Shown here: piece after piece, positions 19,483-29,497 of the stretch
How the letters are laid out: the number at the start of each line of letters is the position of its first letter
Numbering within the stretch: position 1 is the stretch's first letter
Source: Acidimicrobiia bacterium
GTDB lineage: Bacteria > Actinomycetota > Acidimicrobiia > Spongiisociales > ZC4RG35
NCBI GenBank assembly: GCA_965209025.1
Contig: OZ242375.1
Location: 2,056,910 to 2,120,909, forward strand
Direction: 5' to 3'
DNA: 64,000 nucleotides
Translations under genes and position numbers: made by a program
The notes under the pieces: generated by a model
The model's database searches: none
Seen by the model: the letters and a program-made list of their open reading frames with translations, nothing else
Told to the model about the DNA's origin: nothing

Positions 19483-20673
19483 ATGCCCACGATCACCAAG
19501 AAGGTGGCGCTGGCGACCTTTCTGGTCTTGGCGGCTCTCGCCCCCATCGCGTCCAGCATTCCCTTCTACCCCGACTTTCTCGGAGACAACGACTGGATGA
19601 AGCTCCTGTCGCACGTGGCCATCTTCGGTATCGGGGCATTGGGTATCAACTTGCTCACCGGAGTGGCGGGCCAAGTGTCCCTGGGGCACGCCTTCTTCAT
19701 GGGCCTCGGCGCCTATGTGGGTGTGGTTTTCGGCGCTCCACCCGGCGATTTGTGGGGTTTGGGTCTGCCCATGTGGATTTGGCTTCCCATGGCGGGAATC
19801 ATCCCGGCTGCGATCGGGTTGCTGGTTGGTCCGGCCGCGGTGCGGGTGCGGGGCCTCTATTTGGCATTCGCCACCCTGGGACTGGTGTTCATCGGCGAGT
19901 GGGCATGGCGCAACCTCAAGTCCATTACCGGCGGCTCCTTCGCTGGACGAAGGTTTCCCGAGTTCCAGCTTCGGATGTGGAAGGAGGAGGCGGCCGTGGT
20001 GGACTTCGCCTCCGACGGAGTCTGGTTGGGATTCGAGATCAGCGAGGAGGCCAAGGTCTATGTCTTGATGCTGGGTCTCCTGGTGGTGGCGACGGTTGTG
20101 GCCAAGAACCTGCAGCGCACCAGGGCGGGTCGCGCTTTCCAGGCTATTCGCGACCGCGATATTGCCGCAGAGATAATGGGTGTGAACGAGTTCAAGTACA
20201 AACTGATGGCCTTCGGGATTTCCTCGGCATACGCCGGGGTGGCCGGCGCTCTGTTCGCATCTTTCGTCGGGAGGCAGATTCCTGAGACCTGGGACCTCTT
20301 CCTGTCGGTGGAGTTCATCGCCATCATCCTTATCGGAGGGGCGGGCACCGTCTCGGGCGCTTTGATGGGGTCGGCGTTCGTGATCCTGCTGCCCCGCTTG
20401 GTCCAGGACTTCACGGAGTGGCTGAGCAGGGTGATCACGGATGGAGAGGGCTTGCTGGCCTCGGTCGCCGACGCGGTGATCTCCGTCTCCCCCGATGACT
20501 TCGGGGTCGTGAACATCCTCCCCGGAGCAGGTCCCGGACTGTCAGTGTTCCAACTCAACCAGGTTTTGTTCGGTCTCCTGGTGATCCTGTTCATGATCTT
20601 CGAGCCATTGGGTCTGTACGGGATCTGGCTGCGGATTCGCAATTACTGGAAAGGATGGCCGTTTACCTATTGA
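19483..20673 (+). CDS. livM: Branched-chain amino acid ABC transporter permease LivM
   Basis: The in-frame ATG (MPTITKK...) follows livH. The LivM-like TM core has GVAGQVSLGHAFFMGLGAY. The upstream part of the 650-aa track ORF is a frame artefact overlapping livH. Confidence 0.8.
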   Translation: MPTITKKVALATFLVLAALAPIASSIPFYPDFLGDNDWMKLLSHVAIFGIGALGINLLTGVAGQVSLGHAFFMGLGAYVGVVFGAPPGDLWGLGLPMWIWLPMAGIIPAAIGLLVGPAAVRVRGLYLAFATLGLVFIGEWAWRNLKSITGGSFAGRRFPEFQLRMWKEEAAVVDFASDGVWLGFEISEEAKVYVLMLGLLVVATVVAKNLQRTRAGRAFQAIRDRDIAAEIMGVNEFKYKLMAFGISSAYAGVAGALFASFVGRQIPETWDLFLSVEFIAIILIGGAGTVSGALMGSAFVILLPRLVQDFTEWLSRVITDGEGLLASVADAVISVSPDDFGVVNILPGAGPGLSVFQLNQVLFGLLVILFMIFEPLGLYGIWLRIRNYWKGWPFTY

Positions 20674-20759
20674 GTAGGTTTCTCCCCGACTTATGATGGT
20701 CTAAAGGGCAAGTCCCAAGGGACGATGACTGAAGCGAACTATCAAGAAGGGGAAAGGAT

Positions 20760-22214
20760 ATGAAGACCCGATTCAAATGGCTGGCCATGATCATGGCGTT
20801 GAGCCTGATCGCGGCAGCCTGCGGGGGAGATGACGAGGCCGAGGCTCCCGCCACCACTGCGGCTCCCGTTACCACTGCGGCTCCCGTTACCACTGCGGCT
20901 CCCGTTACCACTGCGGCTCCCGCCACCACTGCCGCTCCCGAGGAGGCCACGGAGGAGGCGACGGGAGAGACCATGGCCGAGGAGGAGCCCATGATGATCG
21001 CCACCGACATTGGTGTGGATCTTGAAGCGGGTGTAATCAAGGTGGGAATGCTCTCTGACTTGACCGGACCCTTCGGACCTGCTGTGAACTTGCTGGTGGC
21101 GGGCGTCAACACCTTCTGGGCGGACGTCAACGCCAGAGGCGGAGTGCACGGGCTAATGGTGGAACTGCTTTACAGGGACACGGCGTATTCGGTTGACAAC
21201 CATGTCCAGTTCTTCGAGGAACTCAGGGACGAAGTCGTGGCGTTCGGGCATTCCACCGGGTCGCCACACACTATTGCAATCCTTCCGGAACTGGCGGAAG
21301 ATGGCATTCTGGCCATTCCGCTCACCTGGTATTCGGGCTGGTCGGATCCCGATCTGAACGCCAACCTTCTCTCCCACGGCACGTCCTACTGCATAGAGGC
21401 GATGAACATGATCGGGTATCTGTCCGATGTGTCCGGGGAAAACGGAGTCGCCGATCCCACTCTTGCGATCGCCACCTTCCCGGGCGACTACGGGCTGGAC
21501 TCTGCTGCGGGCGCCAAGATAGCAGCCGAGACGCTGGGCTTGGAGATCGTCTATGACGGTTCGGGACAGATTATCCCTTCCCAGGACAACGCCCCTATCG
21601 GTAACGCCATCGCCCAGAGCGGCGCCGACATTGTGTGGGTGGCGGCCAACCCCACCACCCTCGCCGAGGTTTATGGCGCAGCCCTCGCCCAGGGGTTTGT
21701 GGCGTTGTGGTCGGGCACCGTCGCCAATTGGAGCCCCGCTTTCGTGGCCCCCGATTCCCCCATCAAGGACGCCATGACCCGGGACTTCTATGGGGCTTCC
21801 TACTTCCCGCCCTACACAGATGATTCTCCCGGTATGCAGAATCTGCGTGATCTGATGGCCCAATACGCGCCGGAGGTGCCTCCGATCGACTACGTCATCG
21901 AAGGTTTCGTCGAGGGAATGATCCTGTTCGAAGCTCTGAAGGTCGCCTATGAGAACGGCGACATGACCCAGCGCGGGGTGTTGGCCGCCGCCAAGAGCAT
22001 GGAGGAGGTCGACTTCGGCGGCATCGCTCCCAACGAGAGCTACGTGGGCAGCCCCAACGAGCGTCTCCAACGCCAGACCTGGATAAATCGTCCCGATCCG
22101 GAGGGACTGGCTGCAGGCACCACCGCGATCGGAACCAGGGTGATCGAGTCCCATTACACCCATCCGATAGCTGCTGACTACTTCTTCGAAGAAGCCTGCT
22201 ACAAACTCTCCTGA
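20760..22214 (+). CDS. ABC transporter substrate-binding lipoprotein (Leu/Ile/Val-binding family)
   Basis: The lipobox is LIAAAC. A low-complexity (APVTTA)n linker precedes a type I periplasmic binding fold. A strong RBS (aaggggaaagg) is present. Confidence 0.8.
   Translation: MKTRFKWLAMIMALSLIAAACGGDDEAEAPATTAAPVTTAAPVTTAAPVTTAAPATTAAPEEATEEATGETMAEEEPMMIATDIGVDLEAGVIKVGMLSDLTGPFGPAVNLLVAGVNTFWADVNARGGVHGLMVELLYRDTAYSVDNHVQFFEELRDEVVAFGHSTGSPHTIAILPELAEDGILAIPLTWYSGWSDPDLNANLLSHGTSYCIEAMNMIGYLSDVSGENGVADPTLAIATFPGDYGLDSAAGAKIAAETLGLEIVYDGSGQIIPSQDNAPIGNAIAQSGADIVWVAANPTTLAEVYGAALAQGFVALWSGTVANWSPAFVAPDSPIKDAMTRDFYGASYFPPYTDDSPGMQNLRDLMAQYAPEVPPIDYVIEGFVEGMILFEALKVAYENGDMTQRGVLAAAKSMEEVDFGGIAPNESYVGSPNERLQRQTWINRPDPEGLAAGTTAIGTRVIESHYTHPIAADYFFEEACYKLS
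20841..20930 (+). repeat. Five tandem 18-bp units (gcggctcccgttaccact, with variants) encoding the (APVTTA)n linker of the SBP
   Basis: The tandem repetition is visible directly in the sequence. Confidence 0.8.
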
Positions 22215-22287
22215 GTTGACGGCGGGGCCGGCCTCCATCTCCGGGTGGGGCCGGCCCCAGGGGTCTCAAGTCCGAAAGGGATTGTCC

Positions 22288-23076
22288 ATGCTGGAAGTGT
22301 CCAACCTGGAAGTCGTCTACCAAGATGTCGTCCTAGTGCTGCGCGGAGTCTCCCTTGAGGCTCCGGAGGGGTCGATCGTGGCGTTGCTGGGTGCCAACGG
22401 AGCCGGTAAGACAACGACGGCCCGAGCGATAACGGGATTGCTGGATGTCCATGAGGGGGAGGTCACCAAGGGATCGATCCGGTTTGCGGGCAAGGACATA
22501 ACCCGGAGGCTTCCCTCGGAGCGGGTGAGGATGGGGATCAGTCAGGTTATGGAAGGCCGCCGGATATTCGCGGAGATGACGGTGGAAGAGAATCTGGCAG
22601 CGGGCTCCTACATTAACCGTGATCGAAACGCCTCCCGGAGAGCCCATGACCGGGTGATGACCCTGTTCCCCACTCTCGCCGAACGGCGTTCCCAGGTGGC
22701 GGGATACATGTCGGGAGGAGAGCAGCAGGTGCTGGCCATCGCCCGGGCGCTGATGCAGTCTCCCAGACTGATGATTCTCGACGAGCCGTCTCTTGGCTTG
22801 GCGCCCCGGTTGGTGGAGTTGATCGCCGAGGTCATCGTGGAGATCAACCGGCAGGGTACGGCTGTGCTGCTGATCGAACAGAACGCCCACATGGCCCTGT
22901 CCATCGCCAATAAAGGCTATGTGATGGAGAACGGGAAAGTGGTCATGGAGGGGGCTGCCGAAAAGCTCCTGGCGGACGAGGACGTCCAGGAGTTCTATCT
23001 GGGACTCCGCGCCGGCGAGCGCAAATCGTACCGGGAGGTCAAGCACTACAAGCGTCGCAAGCGATGGCTGTCATGA
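22288..23076 (+). CDS. livF: Branched-chain amino acid ABC transporter ATP-binding protein LivF
   Basis: Walker A LLGANGAGKTTT, signature MSGGEQQ, and Walker B LMILDEPS. Confidence 0.85.
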   Translation: MLEVSNLEVVYQDVVLVLRGVSLEAPEGSIVALLGANGAGKTTTARAITGLLDVHEGEVTKGSIRFAGKDITRRLPSERVRMGISQVMEGRRIFAEMTVEENLAAGSYINRDRNASRRAHDRVMTLFPTLAERRSQVAGYMSGGEQQVLAIARALMQSPRLMILDEPSLGLAPRLVELIAEVIVEINRQGTAVLLIEQNAHMALSIANKGYVMENGKVVMEGAAEKLLADEDVQEFYLGLRAGERKSYREVKHYKRRKRWLS

Positions 23077-23882
23077 GTGCCGCCACCGGCCCGTCCGCCC
23101 TCTTGGAGGTCCGGGATATAAGCCTTTCTTTCAGGGGACTGGTGGCCTTGGAGGGTGTGTCCTTCCATGTGACCGAGGGGGAATTGTTTTCGATCATCGG
23201 TCCCAACGGCGCGGGGAAGACCTCGATCTTCAACTGCATCAACCAGGTGTATCGACCTCAGGAGGGATCCATTCTCTGGAAGGGGGTCTCCCTCATGGGT
23301 CTGAAACCCAACCAGACCGCCGAGCGGGGCATCGCTCGCACCTTCCAGAACATCGCGCTCTTCGCTCACATGACCGTGATGGACAACATCCTCTCCGGTC
23401 GTCACATCCGGATGAGCCACGGCTGGCTGGCCGGGATGCTGTGGTGGGGTAAGGCCAAGCGGGAGGAACTGGAGAACCGTCACAAGGTGGAGGAGATAAT
23501 TCACTTCCTGGAGATCGAGCGCTGGCGAAAACACCCGGTGGGGTTGCTCCCGTATGGGATCCAGAAGCGGGTGGAGTTGGGTCGGGCGCTGGCCATGGAT
23601 CCCGAACTGCTGCTGCTGGACGAGCCGGTGGCGGGTATGAATCTGGAGGAGACCGAGGACATGGCACGGTTCATCCTCGACATCCAGGACGAGCTGGGTA
23701 TCACCACGATCCTGGTGGAACATGACATGAGCCTGGTGATGGACATTGCCGACCGCGTCATGGTGCTCGACTTCGGTCGAAAGATCGCGGAGGGCTTGCC
23801 CGAGGACGTCCAGACCAACGCGGACGTGATCAGAGCCTATCTCGGCACAACCGGTGACGCCTCCATGCAGGAGTCCGGTTGA
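23064..23882 (+). CDS. livG: Branched-chain amino acid ABC transporter ATP-binding protein LivG
   Basis: Walker A IIGPNGAGKTSIFN, Walker B LLLLDEPVAGM, and a LivG-type C-terminus. Confidence 0.85.
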   Translation: MAVMSAATGPSALLEVRDISLSFRGLVALEGVSFHVTEGELFSIIGPNGAGKTSIFNCINQVYRPQEGSILWKGVSLMGLKPNQTAERGIARTFQNIALFAHMTVMDNILSGRHIRMSHGWLAGMLWWGKAKREELENRHKVEEIIHFLEIERWRKHPVGLLPYGIQKRVELGRALAMDPELLLLDEPVAGMNLEETEDMARFILDIQDELGITTILVEHDMSLVMDIADRVMVLDFGRKIAEGLPEDVQTNADVIRAYLGTTGDASMQESG

Positions 23883-23922
23883 GGGCGGGTCACTGTTCCT
23901 GGCGCCCAAGGAGGGCTCCGGC

Positions 23923-24279
23923 ATGAAGGATGAACAGGTAGTGGGCATCTACAACGCCGACGGAGGTTGGAAGGGGGAGTTGCGTTACGCCCTGGGACTG
24001 ATATCGGGAGGTGAACACTGCGCCCTGTGCGATATCACCCACGGTTGGAATCCCCTGGGTCGGCGAGACTGGAAGAGGGCCTGCTCCAATGCCCCCTTCG
24101 ACCTCAATGTGATCCACCGCGATCAGGCCTCAGACGCCCAAAGGAATGCCGCCGGCACCTTGCCCGCGGTCCTGGTGGGATCTGACCATATGTGGCGGGT
24201 GGTGGTCGACGCCAGTGAACTTGAACGGTGGAACGGCGACCCCGAAGCGCTGATTGCCCTCATCGCGAGCCGTATCTGA
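23923..24279 (+). CDS. Hypothetical small protein (118 aa)
   Basis: The ORF has genomic codon bias. It begins at MKDEQVVGIY, and the track ORF starts earlier at 23854. CALCDITH is the only motif-like segment. Confidence 0.4.
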   Translation: MKDEQVVGIYNADGGWKGELRYALGLISGGEHCALCDITHGWNPLGRRDWKRACSNAPFDLNVIHRDQASDAQRNAAGTLPAVLVGSDHMWRVVVDASELERWNGDPEALIALIASRI

Positions 24280-24329
24280 CACTCTGGTCGGGGGCGGAAA
24301 GCCCGAACCTCTTACATGGATTGGTTCGA

Positions 24330-26021
24330 TCATGGCGGCGGAGTTTGACCTTCTTCGGGGACCGCCCAGGACAGGGAGGGTACGTGCTGGAGCACACGGG
24401 GTCTCGCTAGCGGCATGCTCTGCACCGGCACGTCAATGATGACCGGCTCCGGTTGTTCCAGTGCGAGCGGTATCAGCCTGCTCAGGTCGCCGGGCTGGTC
24501 GGCCCTCATCCCGACTGCCCCGAACGATCGAGCGAAGTCGACAAAGTCCGGGTTGTGCAGATCGGTTTCATAGGTTCCGCCAAACAACTCGTCGAGGTCG
24601 CGGGCCACATTGCCGTAAGAATCGTTTCTGAAGATGATGGTGGTGACGTTTATCCCGTACCTGACTGCGGTGGACAACTCGGACGAGTTGAACAGAAACC
24701 CGCCATCTCCGGCAATGCACAATACGGGACGGTCAGGCTGCGCCACCTTGACACCCAGCGCGGTAGGGAAGGAGTATCCCAAGTTGAACGAGTATCCCGA
24801 ATCGATGTAGGTCTTGGGGTGATTCACGTGGAAGTGGGTGCGGGCATAAAAGCCAAACTGTGATACGTCCCAAACTATGAAAGCCTCGTCGGGGATGCTG
24901 TCCCGCAGCATCTGCAGAATGGGGTACTGTGGTTCCTGGTCCTGGATGTCGTAGTAGGCGATCAGCCGGCGCGCTGCGACGACCGCTTCAGCAGGTGAAG
25001 GCCGGTCTCCCGCCCCGACTTGGCGAAGGAGAGGTAGGAGTGCTTCGATGGTTGCCCGGGCGTCGCCATGCAAGGGGATTGTGTTGGACTGCACACTCAT
25101 CAGTTCTTTGTCATCGACATTGATGTTTATGAGAACGGAGGACTCGCCGGCCGGGTTCCCCAGAGAGAAGCGGGTACCGATCCCGATCACGACATCGGCG
25201 GACTGCATCACCTCGTAGAGTTGGTTCATCTCGTGTCTCTCCCCCCGCGGGCTGACACATGAACCGTATGACAGAGGATGACTGTCGGGAATGGTTCCCT
25301 TCCCGCCGCCGGATGTGATGACCGGGATGTTGGTTGCTTCGGCCAATCTGACCAGGGCTGCTTCCGCATTGGATCGCGCCACGCCCCCTCCCGCATAGAT
25401 CAACGGAAGACGGGATTGTGCTATAGCGGAAGCCGCTTCCCGAAGTCGTTCCGGGCTGGGCGCCGGCAGCGACACGGGAGCGGGCCGTCTGAGAGTGACT
25501 TGCTCTCGTTCCACGCCGACATCGGGCGGGATCTCGATCAGAACAGGACGGGGGCACCCGGTGCGCATCTGCCGGAAGGCTTCGTTCACCGCACCTGGTA
25601 TCTCGTTCGCGGTGAGTACGCCCCCTTGCCACTTGGTGACAGGGAGCACCACCGAGGCTTGATCCGCGATCTCGTGAACGGCCCCGCGGTTCTTGCCGAT
25701 CTGATCCCTGGGGATTTGACCGGCGATCACCAGCACGGGTGAACAACGTGCATAAGCGGTGGCGATCCCGGCGGCGGCGTTGTAGAGGCCGACGCCGGGA
25801 ACCACCAGCGCCACTCCCGGTTTCCCCGCTGCCCGGGCGTAGCCATCGGCCATGTATGTGGTGGCCTGCTCGTGCCGGGTGGTGATCATCCGAATACCAG
25901 GTTCGTCCCGCAGGGCCGAAACTATCCCGTACAGTTGTATGCCGGGCACCCCGAACACCACTTCCACGCCCTCTTCGACAAGGGACTTCACAAGGGCTTG
26001 CCCTCCGCTCATCCTCACCAT
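24330..26021 (-). CDS. Thiamine pyrophosphate-dependent enzyme (acetolactate synthase large-subunit-like)
   Basis: TPP-enzyme N-terminal domain (GVPGIQLYGIVSAL ... RHEQATTYMADGYARA) and a C-terminal TPP-binding GDG motif (CIAGDGGFLFN). Confidence 0.8.
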   Translation of the reverse strand: MVRMSGGQALVKSLVEEGVEVVFGVPGIQLYGIVSALRDEPGIRMITTRHEQATTYMADGYARAAGKPGVALVVPGVGLYNAAAGIATAYARCSPVLVIAGQIPRDQIGKNRGAVHEIADQASVVLPVTKWQGGVLTANEIPGAVNEAFRQMRTGCPRPVLIEIPPDVGVEREQVTLRRPAPVSLPAPSPERLREAASAIAQSRLPLIYAGGGVARSNAEAALVRLAEATNIPVITSGGGKGTIPDSHPLSYGSCVSPRGERHEMNQLYEVMQSADVVIGIGTRFSLGNPAGESSVLININVDDKELMSVQSNTIPLHGDARATIEALLPLLRQVGAGDRPSPAEAVVAARRLIAYYDIQDQEPQYPILQMLRDSIPDEAFIVWDVSQFGFYARTHFHVNHPKTYIDSGYSFNLGYSFPTALGVKVAQPDRPVLCIAGDGGFLFNSSELSTAVRYGINVTTIIFRNDSYGNVARDLDELFGGTYETDLHNPDFVDFARSFGAVGMRADQPGDLSRLIPLALEQPEPVIIDVPVQSMPLARPRVLQHVPSLSWAVPEEGQTPPP

Positions 26022-26114
26022 GGCGGGGCCTTTCTGGGATTAGCGTCCCGGTTCAGCGACGTAGCAACGATATGGTGTGTCGGTCTACCTTCTCATGTTC
26101 CAGAGTCCCGACGG

Positions 26115-26714
26115 CTACCTATTGCGGTTGGTGAGGCGCCAGGCGGCGGGAACCAGCAGTCCCGCGGCGTATGCCTTGATGGTGTCACCTAGGAGAAAGG
26201 GCACAATTCCCTTCTCAACGGCCTCCAGTAGACCCCAGTCGTAGGTGGCCATCAGCCCGATTACCCCGAAGAAATAGATGACCAGGCTACCCGTCAGGAA
26301 AGCGGTGACCGCGCTGGGTACCCGCCGATCATGACGGCGTTCCGCCAGCTTGCCCACCAGGACGGCAGCCACTACAAAACCGAACAGATAGCCACCGCTG
26401 CCTCCGAACAGAACCTCGGTTCCCGAGGCTCCGCCCGCATAGAAGGGTAGGAAGGTGCCCAACAGCAGGTAAACAAGCTGGCTGGCGCCTCCGGCCCACA
26501 TTCCCAGGGCGGCGCCCGAGAGGAGTACCGCGAAGGTCTGACCGGTGATGGGCACCGGCGTGAACGGGAGCGGAATGGTGATCTGGGCGAAGAGAGCGGT
26601 CAGCAGGGCAAATCCCACCACCTGGATCACCCAGACGGCGGCCGCCGGCAAGGCTCTCGGCCTCAGTGGAGTGCGAGCCGCCAGAACTTCGTGATGGGGG
26701 GTGAAAAAGGCCAT
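26115..26714 (-). CDS. bioY: BioY biotin transporter S-component
   Basis: ITIPLPFTPVPITGQTFAVLLSGAALG ... FYAGGASG ... SGGYLFGF ... PFLLGDTIK follows the BioY consensus. A GGAG RBS precedes the ATG at 26714. Confidence 0.85.
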   Translation of the reverse strand: MAFFTPHHEVLAARTPLRPRALPAAAVWVIQVVGFALLTALFAQITIPLPFTPVPITGQTFAVLLSGAALGMWAGGASQLVYLLLGTFLPFYAGGASGTEVLFGGSGGYLFGFVVAAVLVGKLAERRHDRRVPSAVTAFLTGSLVIYFFGVIGLMATYDWGLLEAVEKGIVPFLLGDTIKAYAAGLLVPAAWRLTNRNR

Positions 26715-26854
26715 TGCCGCTCCTTTGGGTTGCCGGTTGGATCTCTGGGGTTGCTGGTTTGACCGCGGTTGCCCCATCCAGGTTACCGGACCGGCGGCCC
26801 CTCCTCAGGTGGAGGAACGCACTCTCCCTAAGGAGAAAAAGGCATCTACGCTTG

Positions 26855-27895
26855 ATGGAAACATTGGCTGCCCCCCACCGTTACGTGCCCCCTACCGCCC
26901 GTGCGCGGCGTCGATCATTCTGGTGGACCGCGGTCGTCCTGGCCCTCCTGACCCCCCTGGCATGGCTGATCAACCTCCCCTACTTCGCCGCCTCGGCCGG
27001 ACCTACCGATGACGCGGTTGACGCGGTGATCGTGGAGGAGGACCTGGCGGTCTTCCAGCCGGAGGGAGAATTGATCCTCCTTACCGTCAGCCTCCAGCCG
27101 GTCAATCTCTACGAGGCGGCCATCGCCTTCTTCGACCAGAGGATCGACTTGATCGAGAGGGAGTTGCTCCGTCCCAGGGGGGAGACCGACGAGGAGGCCC
27201 GCCAACGGAATCTTCGCGCCATGGACAGGTCCAAGGACATAGCCATCGCGGTGGCCCTCTCCGAACTCGGCCTGGAGGAGACCCTTGCTGAAGGGGTGGA
27301 GGTGGTTGGGGTCTTCCACGAGGCGCCGGCCTCCGATGCGCTCGTCGATGGCGACCTGGTCGTGGAGATGGAGGCGCAGCCGGTCCGAACCGTGGAGGAC
27401 ATCCGCCGCATACTGGAGGACCGCCGGCCCGGAGATCAGGTGCAGGTAACCGTCATCCGGGACGCCGAGCCGACAGTCCTCAGCTTTGCGCTGCATGAGA
27501 ACCCAGAGACACCTGAACGAGCCATGGTGGGGATCACGGCCTCCACCGTCTATCCGATCGAGATCGACTCGGCGAACTACGGTGGGCCGTCGGCGGGGAT
27601 GATCTATACGCTGGCGATAATCGATCTACTCGAGCAGGGAGAATTGACAGACGGGAGGATTGTGGCGGGAACGGGGACCATAAGCATGGACGGATCGGTC
27701 GGGGCAATCGGGGGGATCCGCCAGAAACTGGTGGCGGCTGAGGCAGCCGGCGCGGATGTGGTGCTGGTGCCTCGGGACAACTACGATGAGGCCAGCACTG
27801 CTCCGGTGGAGGTTGAGATCGTGGCGGTCGAATCCATCTCCGAAGCGGTGAGCTACCTTCGGGAAGGCAAGTCGGGGATAATAGAGGAGCAATGA
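26855..27895 (+). CDS. PDZ-domain / Lon-like (S16) serine protease, membrane anchored
   Basis: N-terminal TM helix, a PDZ-like segment, then a Lon proteolytic domain (YGGPSAGMIYTLAI ... KLVAAEAAGADVVLVP). Confidence 0.75.
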   Translation: METLAAPHRYVPPTARARRRSFWWTAVVLALLTPLAWLINLPYFAASAGPTDDAVDAVIVEEDLAVFQPEGELILLTVSLQPVNLYEAAIAFFDQRIDLIERELLRPRGETDEEARQRNLRAMDRSKDIAIAVALSELGLEETLAEGVEVVGVFHEAPASDALVDGDLVVEMEAQPVRTVEDIRRILEDRRPGDQVQVTVIRDAEPTVLSFALHENPETPERAMVGITASTVYPIEIDSANYGGPSAGMIYTLAIIDLLEQGELTDGRIVAGTGTISMDGSVGAIGGIRQKLVAAEAAGADVVLVPRDNYDEASTAPVEVEIVAVESISEAVSYLREGKSGIIEEQ

Positions 27896-29016
27896 ACTTT
27901 TCCTTCACCACCGAGCAGGAGGAACTGCGCCGCTACACGCGCCAGTGGCTGGATGAGAACTGTCCGATGGAGACCGTGCGTCAACTCATGGACACGGAGC
28001 GGGGATACGACCCGCGCCACTGGGCGGCTTTGGCCGAGATGGGGTGGTTGGGGATGGCCATTCCGGTGGAGTGGGGAGGGGCCGGGTTCACATTCCTGGA
28101 GTTGTTCGTGGTGTTGGAGGAGCAGGGGAGGTCCCTCTTCTGCGGACCGTTCCTCTCGACGGTGGTGATGGCGGCGGGGGTGATCGAGGAAGCAGGAGAC
28201 GACCGCCAGAAACAGGAGTTGCTGTCCTCCATCGCCGGCGGGGACTTGATCGCCTCGGTGGCTTTCGCCGAGCCGAACGGCCGGTGGGAGGCCGAAGGGA
28301 TCACCACCGAGGCCCGGTCCCGCCCGGGAGGTGGATGGACCTTGGACGGGACCAAGAGTTTCGTCCTGGATGGGCATGTCGCCGACCTGCTGGTGGTGGC
28401 GGCTCGCACCGACCTCGGCGTGTCGCTTTTCCTGGTCCCCGCCGGGACCGATGGTGTGGTCGTCCGCAGATTGGAGACCATGGACCAGACCCGCAAGCAG
28501 GCCGAGATCACCTTGAACGATGTGGAGTTGGACGCCGACGCTCTGCTGGGGACGGAGGGGGGAGGATGGCCGGTCCTCGAGAGGATGATGGAGAGAGCGG
28601 TGGTGGCGCTCTCCGCCGAGCAGGTGGGGGGCGCTCAGGCCTGCTTGGACATGGCGGTCTCCTACGCCAAGGTCAGGAAGCAGTTCGGGCGGCCGATCGG
28701 CTCCTTCCAGGCCATCAAGCACAAGTGCGCCGACGTTCTGGCCCAGGTGGAGTCGGCTCGCTCGGCCGCCTATTACGCAGGCTGGGCGGTCAGCGAGGAC
28801 AACGAAGAGCGTCCGCTGATGGCCAGTCTCGCCAAGTCGTACTGCTCGGAGGCATACTTCTTCTCCGCAGCGGAGAACATCCAGATCCATGGCGGGATCG
28901 GCTTCACCTGGGAACACAACGCCCACCTCTACTTCAAGAGGGCCAAGAGCTCCGAGTTGCTGTTCGGCGACCCCTCTTTTCACCGAGAGAAGATCGCTGG
29001 ACAACTCGGGCTCTAG
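27892..29016 (+). CDS. Acyl-CoA dehydrogenase
   Basis: Typical ACAD N-terminus (FTTEQEELRRYTRQWLDE) and C-terminal GGIGFTWEHNAHLYFKRAK. Confidence 0.85.
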   Translation: MNFSFTTEQEELRRYTRQWLDENCPMETVRQLMDTERGYDPRHWAALAEMGWLGMAIPVEWGGAGFTFLELFVVLEEQGRSLFCGPFLSTVVMAAGVIEEAGDDRQKQELLSSIAGGDLIASVAFAEPNGRWEAEGITTEARSRPGGGWTLDGTKSFVLDGHVADLLVVAARTDLGVSLFLVPAGTDGVVVRRLETMDQTRKQAEITLNDVELDADALLGTEGGGWPVLERMMERAVVALSAEQVGGAQACLDMAVSYAKVRKQFGRPIGSFQAIKHKCADVLAQVESARSAAYYAGWAVSEDNEERPLMASLAKSYCSEAYFFSAAENIQIHGGIGFTWEHNAHLYFKRAKSSELLFGDPSFHREKIAGQLGL

Positions 29017-29033
29017 TCACTGCGGTTCAAGCA

Positions 29034-29489
29034 GTGTCAGGCTTCACCTCGGTTGCCCTCGGTGGGTTGCTCGCCGCGCTCTTCCTCGCTTTGGTGGCGA
29101 TCCTGTTGTGGCAGGAGGCGAGACGGAGGGGAGCAGGCGAGGGGGTTACCTACGTGGTGTCCGATGCTGTAGGCCACATCCGGGAGAACCTGACGGCCGA
29201 GGTGTATGAACGCTTGGGGGACGCAGGGATCCAGCGTGTCATCGAATGGGAACTCTTCTATCTGCAGGGCCTGGCTCAGAAGGACCGGCGTCAACCGGTT
29301 GAGACGGTTGCGGGCGGCTCGGATTCCGCGGTGAGTTACATATGCCAACAGATTTCCCAGCGCCACCCCGCAGGGATAACCTCTGATGACATCCGGGCGG
29401 TGCTGGCGCTCGAGGCCCACTACCTGCAGTCCATCGGCGCGGTGGGAGAGCGGGTCCAATCGGTGGCCGAGTTGTCCGGGGAGGAGTAG
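29034..29489 (+). CDS. Hypothetical small membrane-anchored protein (151 aa, GTG start)
   Basis: In-frame high-GC3 ORF between the ACAD and the zinc-ribbon gene. It has one N-terminal TM helix (ALGGLLAALFLALVAILLW). The antisense 151-aa ORF was judged to be its shadow. Confidence 0.4.
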   Translation: MSGFTSVALGGLLAALFLALVAILLWQEARRRGAGEGVTYVVSDAVGHIRENLTAEVYERLGDAGIQRVIEWELFYLQGLAQKDRRQPVETVAGGSDSAVSYICQQISQRHPAGITSDDIRAVLALEAHYLQSIGAVGERVQSVAELSGEE

Positions 29490-29497
29490 CAAAACCC

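Noticed and set aside
29037-29492. Minus-strand 151-aa ORF antisense to the small membrane-protein gene
   Set aside because: The plus-strand frame gives a clean TM helix plus a soluble domain and is co-directional with tightly spaced neighbours. The minus-frame translation is Arg/Leu/Pro-rich, so it was judged a shadow ORF.
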